The notes under the pieces are model-generated. The model was not told the origin of the DNA. It saw only the letters and a list, made by a program, of their open reading frames with translations, and ran no database searches. Positions 40,101 to 51,952 of a DNA stretch of 64,000 bases are shown here, piece after piece; the first letter of the stretch is position 1; each line of letters begins with the position of its first letter. Source of the DNA: the human T2T-CHM13v2.0 reference genome, Homo sapiens. A program made the position numbers and the translations under genes. The stretch is taken from the NCBI RefSeq assembly GCF_009914755.1, contig NC_060938.1. One strand, 5' to 3'.

Positions 40101-43100
40101 GAGGATGCTGCTGGCTACTTTTTATACGTAATCCCGTTTCCAACGAAATCCTCCAAGCTATCCAAATATCCACTTGCAGATTCCACAGAAAGACTGTTTC
40201 AAAACTGCTCTGTCAATAGAAAGGTTCAACTCTGTTAGCTGCGTGCATATATCCCAAAGAAGATTCTGAGATTGCTTCTGTCTAGTTTTTATGGGAAGAT
40301 ATTTCCCTTTTCACCGTAGGCGTCAAGGCGCTCCAAATGTCCACTTCCAGATACTACAAAAAGAGTGTTTCAAACCTACTCTGTGAAAGGGAATATTCAA
40401 CTCTGTGACTTGAATGCACATATCACAAAGAAGTTTCTGAGAATGCTTCTGTCGAGATTTTATATGAAGATATTCCCGTTTCCAACGAAATCCTGAAATG
40501 TATCCAAATATCCCCTCGCAGATTCTACAAAAAGAGTGTTTCAAAACTGCTCTGTGAAAAGAAAGGTTCAACTCTGTTAGTTGAGTACACACATCACAAA
40601 CAAGTTTCACAGAATGCTTCTTTCTAGCTTGTAGGGGAAGATTCCCCTTTATCACCATGGTCCTCAAACCGTCCGAAAAGTCCACTTCCATATACTACAA
40701 AAAGAGCGTTTCAAACCTGCTGTATTAAAGGCAATGTTCAAGTCTGTGACTTGAATGCAGACATCACAGAGCAGTTTCTGAGAATGCTTCTGTCTAGATT
40801 TTATAGGAAGATATTCCCGTTTCCAACGAAATCTTCACAGCTATCCAAATATCCACTTGCAGATTCTACAAAAAGAGTGTATCAAAACTGCTCTGTCAAA
40901 AGGAAGGTTCTTTTCTGTTAGGTGAGTGCATACGTCATAAAGGAGTTTCTGAGAATGTTTCTGTCTAGTGGTTATGGGAAGATATTTGCTTTTTCACCGT
41001 AGGCCTCAGAGCGCTCCAAATATCCACTTGCACATACTACAAAAAGAGTGCCTCAAAGCTGCTCTCTGAAACGGAATGTTCAACTCTATGAGTTGAATGC
41101 AAACATCGCAAAGACGTTTCTGAGAATGCTTCTGTCTAGATTTGATATGAAGATATTCCCGTTTCCAACGAAATCTTCAAATCTATCCAAATGTCCACTT
41201 GCAGATTCAACAAAAAGTGTTTTTCAGAACTGCTCTATCAAAAGAAAGATCCACCTCTGTTAGCTGAGTTCACACATCACAAACAAGTTTATGAGAATGC
41301 TTCTGTCTAGTTTTTATTTGAAGATATTTCCTTTCTCACCATAGACCTGAAAGCTGTCCTAATGTTCACTTCCAGTTACTACAGAAAGAGTGTTTCAAAA
41401 CTGCTGTACGAAAGGGAATGTTCAACTCTGTGACTTGAATGCACACATCACAAAGAAGTTTCTGAGGATGCTGCTGTCTACTTTTTATACTTAATCCCGT
41501 TTCCAACGAAATCCTCCAAGCTATCCAAATATCCACTTGCAGATTCCACAGAAAGACTGTTTCAAAACTGCTCTGTCAATAGAAAGGTTCAACTCTGTTA
41601 GCTGCGTGCATATATCCCAAAGAAGATTCTGAGATTGCTTCTGTCTAGTTTTTATGGGAAGATATTTCCCTTTTCACCGTAGGCGTCAAGGCGCTCCAAA
41701 TGTCCACTTCCAGATACTACAAAAAGAGTGTTTCAAACCTACTCTGTGAAAGGGAATATTCAACTCTGTGACTTGAATGCACATATCACAAGGAAGTTTC
41801 TGAGAATGCTTCTGTCGAGATTTTATATGAAGATATTCCCGTTTCCAACGAAATCCTGAAATGTATCCAAATATCCCCTCGCAGATTCTACAAAAAGAGT
41901 GTTTCAAAACTGCTCTGTAAAAAGAAAGGTTCAACTCTGTTAGTTGAGTACACACATCACAAACAAGTTTCACAGAATGCTTCTTTCTAGCTTGTAGGGG
42001 AAGATTCCCCTTTATCACCAGGGTCCTCAAACCGTCCGAAACATCCACTTCCATATACTACAAAAAGAGCGTTTCAAACCTGCTGTATGAAAGGCAATGT
42101 TCAACTCTGTGACTTGAATGCAGACATCACAGAGCAGTTTCTGAGAATGCTTCTGTCTAGATTTTATAGGAAGATATTCCCGTTTCCAACGAAATCTTCA
42201 CAGCTATCCAAATATCCACTTGCAGATTCTACAAAAAGAGTGTATCAAAACTGCTCTGTCAAAAGGAAGGTTCTTCTCTGTTAGGTGAGTGCATACGTCA
42301 TAAAGGAGTTTCTGAGAATGTTTCTGTCTAGTGGTTATGGGAAGATATTTGCTTTTTCACCGTAGGCCTCAGAGCGCTCCAAATATCCACTTGCACATAC
42401 TACAAAAAGAGTGCTTCAAAGCTGCTCTCTGAAACGGAATGTTCAACTCTATGAGTTGAATGCAAACATCACAAAGACGTTTCTGAGAATGCTTCTGTCT
42501 AGATTTGATATGAAGATATTCCCGTTTCCAACGAAATCTTCAAATCTATCCAAATGTCCACTTGCAGATTCAACAAAAAGTGTTTTTCAGAACTGCTCTA
42601 TCAAAAGAAAGATCCACCTCTGTTAGCTGAGTTCACACATCACAAACAAGTTTATGAGAATGCTTCTGTCTAGTTTTTATTTGAAGATATTTCCTTTCTC
42701 ACCATAGAGCTGAAAGCTGTCCTAATGTTCACTTCCAGATACTACAGAAAGAGTGTTTCAAAACTGCTGTACGAAAGGGAATGTTCAACTCTGTGACTTG
42801 AATGCACACATCACAAAGAAGTTTCTGAGGATGCTGCTGTCTACTTTTTATACGTAATCCCGTTTCCAACGAAATCCTCCAAGCTATCCAAATATCCACT
42901 TGCAGATTCCACAGAAAGACTGTTTCAAAACTGCTCTGTCAATAGAAAGGTTCAACTCTGTTAGCTGCATGCATATATCCCAAAGAAGATTCTGAGATTG
43001 CTTCTGTCTAGTTTTTATGGGAAGATATTTCCCTTTTCACCGTAGGCGTCAAGGCGCTCCAAATGTCCACTTCCAGATACTACAAAAAGAGTGTTTCAAA

Positions 43101-46100
43101 CCTACTCTGTGAAAGGGAATATTCAACTCTGTGACTTGAATGCACATATCACAAGGAAGTTTCTGAGAATGCTTCTGTCGAGATTTTATATGAAGATATT
43201 CCCGTTTCCAACGAAATCCTGAAATGTATCCAAATATCCCCTTGCAGATTCTACAAAAAGAGTGTTTCAAAACTGCTCTGTAAAAAGAAAGGTTCAACTC
43301 TGTTAGTTGAGTACACACATCACAAACAAGTTTCACACAATGCTTCTTTCTAGCTTGTAGGGGAAGATATTCCCTTTATCACCATGGGCCTCAAACCGTC
43401 CGATAAGTCCACTTCCATATACTACAAAAAGAGCGTTTCAAACCTGCTCTATGAAAGGCAATGTTCAACTCTGTGACTTGAATGCAGACATCACAGAGCA
43501 GTTTCTGAGAATGCTTCTGTCTAGATTTTATAGGAAGATATTCCCGTTTCCAACGAAATCTTCACAGCTATCCAAATATCCACTTGCAGATTCTACAAAA
43601 AGAGTGTATCAAAACTGCTCTGTCAAAAGGAAGGTTCTTTTCTGTTAGGTGAGTGCATACGTCATAAAGGAGTTTCTGAGAATGTTTCTGTCTAGTGGTT
43701 ATGGGAAGATATTTGCTTTTTCACCGTAGGCCTCAGAGCGCTCCAAATATCCACTTGCACATACTACAAAAAGAGTGCCTCAAAGCTGCTCTCTGAAACG
43801 GAATGTTCAACTCTATGAGTTGAATGCAAACATCGCAAAGACGTTTCTGAGAATGCTTCTGTCTAGATTTGATATGAAGATATTCCCGTTTCCAACGAAA
43901 TCTTCAAATCTATCCAAATGTCCACTTGCAGATTCAACAAAAAGTGTTTTTCAGAACTGCTCTATCAAAAGAAAGATCCACCTCTGTTAGCTGAGTTCAC
44001 ACATCACAAACAAGTTTATGAGAATGCTTCTGTCTAGTTTTTATTTGAAGATATTTCCTTTCTCACCATAGAGCTGAAAGCTGTCCTAATGTTCACTTCC
44101 AGATACTACAGAAAGAGTGTTTCAAAACTGCTGTACGAAAGGGAATGTTCAACTCTGTGACTTGAATGCACACATCACAAAGAAGTTTCTGAGGATGCTG
44201 CTGTCTACTTTTTATACGTAATCCCGTTTCCAACGAAATCCTCCAAGCTATCCAAATATCCACTTGCAGATTCCACAGAAAGACTGTTTCAAAACTGCTC
44301 TGTCAATAGAAAGGTTCAACTCTGTTAGCTGCGTGCATATATCCCAAAGAAGATTCTGAGATTGCTTCTGTCTAGTTTTTATGGGAAGATATTTCCCTTT
44401 TCACCGTAGGCGTCAAGGCGCTCCAAATGTCCACTTCCAGATACTACAAAAAGAGTGTTTCAAACCTACTCTGTGAAAGGGAATATTCAACTCTGTGACT
44501 TGAATGCACATATCACAAAGAAGTTTCTGAGAATGCTTCTGTCGAGATTTTATATGAAGATATTCCCGTTTCCAACGAAATCCTGAAATGTATCCAAATA
44601 TCCCCTCGCAGATTCTACAAAAAGAGTGTTTCAAAACTGCTCTGTAAAAAGAAAGGTTCAACTCTGTTAGTTGAGTACACACATCACAAACAAGTTTCAC
44701 AGAATGCTTCTTTCTAGCTTGTAGGGGAAGATTCCCCTTTATCACCATGGTCCTCAAACCGTCCGAAAAGTCCACTTCCATATACTACAAAAAGAGCGTT
44801 TCAAACCTGCTGTATGAAAGGCAATGTTCAACTCTGTGACTTGAATGCAGACATCACAGAGCAGTTTCTGAGAATGCTTCTGTCTAGATTTTATAGGAAG
44901 ATATTCCCGTTTCCAACGAAATCTTCACAGCTATCCAAATATCCACTTGCAGATTCTACAAAAAGAGTGTATCAAAACTGCTCTGTCAAAAGGAAGGTTC
45001 TTTTCTGTTAGGTGAGTGCATACGTCATAAAGGAGTTTCTGAGAATGTTTCTGTCTAGTGGTTATGGGAAGATATTTGCTTTTTCACCGTAGGCCTCAGA
45101 GCGCTCCAAATATCCACTTGCACATACTACAAAAAGAGTGCCTCAAACTGCTCTCTGAAACGGAATGTTCAACTCTATGAGTTGAATGCAAACATCGCAA
45201 AGACGTTTCTGAGAATGCTTCTGTCTAGATTTGATATGAAGATATTCCCGTTTCCAACGAAATCTTCAAATCTATCCAAATGTCCACTTGCAGATTCAAC
45301 AAAAAGTGTTTTTCAGAACTGCTCTATCAAAAGAAAGATCCACCTCTGTTAGCTGAGTTCACACATCACAAACAAGTTTATGAGAATGCTTCTGTCTAGT
45401 TTTTATTTGAAGATATTTCCTTTCTCACCATAGAGCTGAGAGCTGTCCTAATGTTCACTTCCAGATACTACAGAAAGAGTGTTTCAAAACTGCTGTACGA
45501 AAGGGAATGTTCAACTCTGTGACTTGAATGCACACATCACAAAGAAGTTTCTGAGGATGCTGCTGGCTACTTTTTATACGTAATCCCGTTTCCAACGAAA
45601 TCCTCCAAGCTATCCAAATATCCACTTGCAGATTCCACAGAAAGACTGTTTCAAAACTGCTCTGTCAATAGAAAGGTTCAACTCTGTTAGCTGCGTGCAT
45701 ATATCCCAAAGAAGATTCTGAGATTGCTTCTGTCTAGTTTTTATGGGAAGATATTTCCCTTTTCACCGTAGGCGTCAAGGCGCTCAAAATGTCCACTTCC
45801 AGATACTACAAAAAGAGTGTTTCAAACCTACTCTGTGAAAGGGAATATTCAACTCTGTGACTTGAATGCACATATCACAAAGAAGTTTCTGAGAATGCTT
45901 CTGTCGAGATTTTATATGAAGATATTCCCGTTTCCAACGAAATCCTGAAATGTATCCAAATATCCCCTCGCAGATTCTACAAAAAGAGTGTTTCAAAACT
46001 GCTCTGTGAAAAGAAAGGTTCAACTCTGTTAGTTGAGTACACACATCACAAACAAGTTTCACAGAATGCTTCTTTCTAGCTTGTAGGGGAAGATATTCCC

Positions 46101-49100
46101 TTTATCACCATGGGCCTCCAACCGTCCGAAACATCCACTTCCATATACTACAAAAAGAGCGTTTCAAACCTGCTCTAGGAAAGGCAATGTTCAACTCTGT
46201 GACTTGAATGCAGACATCACAGAGCAGTTTCTGAGAATGCTTCTGTCTAGATTTTATAGGAAGATATTCCCGTTTCCAACGAAATCTTCACAGCTATCCA
46301 AATATCCACTTGCAGATTCTACAAAAAGAGTGTATCAAAACTGCTCTGTCAAAAGGAAGGTTCTTTTCTGTTAGGTGAGTGCATACGTCATAAAGGAGTT
46401 TCTGAGAATGTTTCTGTCTAGTGGTTATGGGAAGATATTTGCTTTTTCACCGTAGGCCTCAGAGCGCTCCAAATATCCACTTGCACATACTACAAAAAGA
46501 GTGCCTCAAACTGCTCTCTGAAACGGAATGTTCAACTCTATGAGTTGAATGCAAACATCGCAAAGACGTTTCTGAGAATGCTTCTGTCTAGATTTGATAT
46601 GAAGATATTCCCGTTTCCAACGAAATCTTCAAATCTATCCAAATGTCCACTTGCAGATTCAACAAAAAGTGTTTTTCAGAACTGCTCTATCAAAAGAAAG
46701 ATCCACCTCTGTTAGCTGAGTTCACACATCACAAACAAGTTTATGAGAATGCTTCTGTCTAGTTTTTATTTGAAGATATTTCCTTTCTCACCATAGAGCT
46801 GAAAGCTGTCCTAATGTTCACTTCCAGATACTACAGAAAGAGTGTTTCAAAACTGCTGTACGAAAGGGAATGTTCAACTCTGTGACTTGAATGCACACAT
46901 CACAAAGAAGTTTCTGAGGATGCTGCTGGCTACTTTTTATACGTAATCCCGTTTCCAACGAAATCCTCCAAGCTATCCAAATATCCACTTGCAGATTCCA
47001 CAGAAAGACTGTTTCAAAACTGCTCTGTCAATAGAAAGGTTCAACTCTGTTAGCTGCATGCATATATCCCAAAGAAGATTCTGAGATTGCTTCTGTCTAG
47101 TTTTTATGGGAAGATATTTCCCTTTTCACCGTAGGCGTCAAGGCGCTCCAAATGTCCACTTCCAGATACTACAAAAAGAGTGTTTCAAACCTACTCTGTG
47201 AAAGGGAATATTCAACTCTGTGACTTGAATGCACATATCACAAAGAAGTTTCTGAGAATGCTTCTGTCGAGATTTTATATGAAGATATTCCCGTTTCCAA
47301 CGAAATCCTGAAATGTATCCAAATATCCCCTCGCAGATTCTACAAAAAGAGTGTTTCAAAACTGCTCTGTGAAAAGAAAGGTTCAACTCTGTTAGTTGAG
47401 TACACACATCACAAACAAGTTTCACAGAATGCTTCTTTCTAGCTTGTAGGGGAAGATTCCCCTTTATCACCATGGTCCTCAAACCGTCCGAAAAGTCCAC
47501 TTCCATATACTACAAAAAGAGCGTTTCAAACCTGCTGTATTAAAGGCAATGTTCAAGTCTGTGACTTGAATGCAGACATCACAGAGCAGTTTCTGAGAAT
47601 GCTTCTGTCTAGATTTTATAGGAAGATATTCCCGTTTCCAACGAAATCTTCACAGCTATCCAAATATCCACTTGCAGATTCTACAAAAAGAGTGTATCAA
47701 AACTGCTCTGTCAAAAGGAAGGTTCTTTTCTGTTAGGTGAGTGCATACGTCATAAAGGAGTTTCTGAGAATGTTTCTGTCTAGTGGTTATGGGAAGATAT
47801 TTGCTTTTTCACCGTAGGCCTCAGAGCGCTCCAAATATCCACTTGCACATACTACAAAAAGAGTGCCTCAAAGCTGCTCTCTGAAACGGAATGTTCAACT
47901 CTATGAGTTGAATGCAAACATCGCAAAGACGTTTCTGAGAATGCTTCTGTCTAGATTTGATATGAAGATATTCCCGTTTCCAACGAAATCTTCAAATCTA
48001 TCCAAATGTCCACTTGCAGATTCAACAAAAAGTGTTTTTCAGAACTGCTCTATCAAAAGAAAGATCCACCTCTGTTAGCTGAGTTCACACATCACAAACA
48101 AGTTTATGAGAATGCTTCTGTCTAGTTTTTATTTGAAGATATTTCCTTTCTCACCATAGACCTGAAAGCTGTCCTAATGTTCACTTCCAGTTACTACAGA
48201 AAGAGTGTTTCAAAACTGCTGTACGAAAGGGAATGTTCAACTCTGTGACTTGAATGCACACATCACAAAGAAGTTTCTGAGGATGCTGCTGTCTACTTTT
48301 TATACTTAATCCCGTTTCCAACGAAATCCTCCAAGCTATCCAAATATCCACTTGCAGATTCCACAGAAAGACTGTTTCAAAACTGCTCTGTCAATAGAAA
48401 GGTTCAACTCTGTTAGCTGCGTGCATATATCCCAAAGAAGATTCTGAGATTGCTTCTGTCTAGTTTTTATGGGAAGATATTTCCCTTTTCACCGTAGGCG
48501 TCAAGGCGCTCCAAATGTCCACTTCCAGATACTACAAAAAGAGTGTTTCAAACCTACTCTGTGAAAGGGAATATTCAACTCTGTGACTTGAATGCACATA
48601 TCACAAGGAAGTTTCTGAGAATGCTTCTGTCGAGATTTTATATGAAGATATTCCCGTTTCCAACGAAATCCTGAAATGTATCCAAATATCCCCTCGCAGA
48701 TTCTACAAAAAGAGTGTTTCAAAACTGCTCTGTAAAAAGAAAGGTTCAACTCTGTTAGTTGAGTACACACATCACAAACAAGTTTCACAGAATGCTTCTT
48801 TCTAGCTTGTAGGGGAAGATTCCCCTTTATCACCAGGGTCCTCAAACCGTCCGAAACATCCACTTCCATATACTACAAAAAGAGCGTTTCAAACCTGCTG
48901 TATGAAAGGCAATGTTCAACTCTGTGACTTGAATGCAGACATCACAGAGCAGTTTCTGAGAATGCTTCTGTCTAGATTTTATAGGAAGATATTCCCGTTT
49001 CCAACGAAATCTTCACAGCTATCCAAATATCCACTTGCAGATTCTACAAAAAGAGTGTATCAAAACTGCTCTGTCAAAAGGAAGGTTCTTTTCTGTTAGG

Positions 49101-51630
49101 TGAGTGCATACGTCATAAAGGAGTTTCTGAGAATGTTTCTGTCTAGTGGTTATGGGAAGATATTTGCTTTTTCACCGTAGGCCTCAGAGCGCTCCAAATA
49201 TCCACTTGCACATACTACAAAAAGAGTGCCTCAAAGCTGCTCTCTGAAACGGAATGTTCAACTCTATGAGTTGAATGCAAACATCGCAAAGACGTTTCTG
49301 AGAATGCTTCTGTCTAGATTTGATATGAAGATATTCCCGTTTCCAACGAAATCTTCAAATCTATCCAAATGTCCACTTGCAGATTCAACAAAAAGTGTTT
49401 TTCAGAACTGCTCTATCAAAAGAAAGATCCACCTCTGTTAGCTGAGTTCACACATCACAAACAAGTTTATGAGAATGCTTCTGTCTAGTTTTTATTTGAA
49501 GATATTTCCTTTCTCACCATAGAGCTGAAAGCTGTCCTAATGTTCACTTCCAGATACTACAGAAAGAGTGTTTCAAAACTGCTGTACGAAAGGGAATGTT
49601 CAACTATGTGACTTGAATGCACACATCACAAAGAAGTTTCTGAGGATGCTGCTGTCTAGTTTTTATACGTAATCCCGTTTCCAACGAAATCCTCCAAGCT
49701 ATCCAAATATCCACTTGCAGATTCCACAGAAAGACTGTTTCAAAACTGCTCTGTCAATAGAAAGGTTCAACTCTGTTAGCTGCGTGCATATATCCCAAAG
49801 AAGATTCTGAGATTGCTTCTGTCTAGTTTTTATGGGAAGATATTTCCCTTTTCACCGTAGGCGTCAAGGCGCTCCAAATGTCCACTTCCAGATACTACAA
49901 AAAGAGTGTTTCAAACCTACTCTGTGAAAGGGAATATTCAACTCTGTGACTTGAATGCACATATCACAAAGAAGTTTCTGAGAATGCTTCTGTCGAGATT
50001 TTATATGAAGATATTCCCGTTTCCAACGAAATGCTGAAATCTATCCAAATATCCCCTCGCAGATTCTACAAAAAGAGTGTTTCAAAACTGCTCTGTGAAA
50101 AGAAAGGTTCAACTCTGTTAGTTGAGTACACACATCACAAACAAGTTTCACAGAATGCTTCTTTCTAGCTTGTAGGGGAAGATATTCCCTTTATCACCAT
50201 GGGCCTCCAACCGTCCGAAACATCCACTTCCATATACTACAAAAAGAGCGTTTCAAACCTGCTCTATGAAAGGCAATGTTCAACTCTGTGACTTGAATGC
50301 AGACATCACAGAGCAGTTTCTGAGAATGCTTCTGTCTAGATTTTATAGGAAGATATTCCCGTTTCCAACGAAATCTTCACAGCTATCCAAATATCCACTT
50401 GCAGATTCTACAAAAAGAGTGTATCAAAACTGCTCTGTCAAAAGGAAGGTTCTTCTCTGTTAGGTGAGTGCATACGTCATAAAGGAGTTTCTGAGAATGT
50501 TTCTGTCTAGTGGTTATGGGAAGATATTTGCTTTTTCACCGTAGGCCTCAGAGCGCTCCAAATATCCACTTGCACATACTACAAAAAGAGTGCTTCAAAG
50601 CTGCTCTCTGAAACGGAATGTTCAACTCTATGAGTTGAATGCAAACATCACAAAGACGTTTCTGAGAATGCTTCTGTCTAGATTTGATATGAAGATATTC
50701 CCGTTTCCAACGAAATCTTCAAATCTATCCAAATGTCCACTTGCAGATTCAACAAAAAGTGTTTTTCAGAACTGCTCTATCAAAAGAAAGATCCACCTCT
50801 GTTAGCTGAGTTCACACATCACAAACAAGTTTATGAGAATGCTTCTGTCTAGTTTTTATTTGAAGATATTTCCTTTCTCACCATAGACCTGAAAGCTGTC
50901 CTAATGTTCACTTCCAGTTACTACAGAAAGAGTGTTTCAAAACTGCTGTACGAAAGGGAATGTTCAACTCTGTGACTTGAATGCACACATCACAAAGAAG
51001 TTTCTGAGGATGCTGCTGTCTACTTTTTATACTTAATCCCGTTTCCAACGAAATCCTCCAAGCTATCCAAATATCCACTTGCAGATTCCACAGAAAGACT
51101 GTTTCAAAACTGCTCTGTCAATAGAAAGGTTCAACTCTGTTAGCTGCGTGCATATATCCCAAAGAAGATTCTGAGATTGCTTCTGTCTAGTTTTTATGGG
51201 AAGATATTTCCCTTTTCACCGTAGGCGTCAAGGCGCTCCAAATGTCCACTTCCAGATACTACAAAAAGAGTGTTTCAAACCTACTCTGTGAAAGGGAATA
51301 TTCAACTCTGTGACTTGAATGCACATATCACAAGGAAGTTTCTGAGAATGCTTCTGTCGAGATTTTATATGAAGATATTCCCGTTTCCAACGAAATCCTG
51401 AAATGTATCCAAATATCCCCTCGCAGATTCTACAAAAAGAGTGTTTCAAAACTGCTCTGTAAAAAGAAAGGTTCAACTCTGTTAGTTGAGTACACACATC
51501 ACAAACAAGTTTCACAGAATGCTTCTTTCTAGCTTGTAGGGGAAGATTCCCCTTTATCACCATGGTCCTCAAACCGTCCGAAAAGTCCACTTCCATATAC
51601 TACAAAAAGAGCGTTTCAAACCTGCTGTAT
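25122..51630. repeat. Central sub-array with indel-marked HOR variants (1362-1364 bp units)
   Basis: Ten copies of gaagattcccc (net -1 bp) and ten copies of cctcaaactgc (G deleted) are confined to this interval. The 20-bp total loss matches 62865-141 = 62724 versus 46x1364 = 62744. Confidence 0.9.
31954..31970 (-). promoter_or_regulatory. Mutated CENP-B box (G>A at 31958)
   Basis: tcccatttccaacgaaa; the CGGG core becomes TGGG on the - strand. Confidence 0.9.
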
Positions 51631-51952
51631 GAAAGGCAATGTTCAACTCTGTGACTTGAATGCAGACATCACAGAGCAGTTTCTGAGAATGCTTCTGTCT
51701 AGATTTTATAGGAAGATATTCCCGTTTCCAACGAAATCTTCACAGCTATCCAAATATCCACTTGCAGATTCTACAAAAAGAGTGTATCAAAACTGCTCTG
51801 TCAAAAGGAAGGTTCTTTTCTGTTAGGTGAGTGCATACGTCATAAAGGAGTTTCTGAGAATGTTTCTGTCTAGTGGTTATGGGAAGATATTTGCTTTTTC
51901 ACCGTAGGCCTCAGAGCGCTCCAAATATCCACTTGCACATACTACAAAAAGA

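Noticed and set aside
27010-51560. The 1-bp indels as sequencing or homopolymer errors
   Set aside because: Each recurs ten times at the same HOR position, linked to specific substitutions and confined to one block, which fits real haplotypes.
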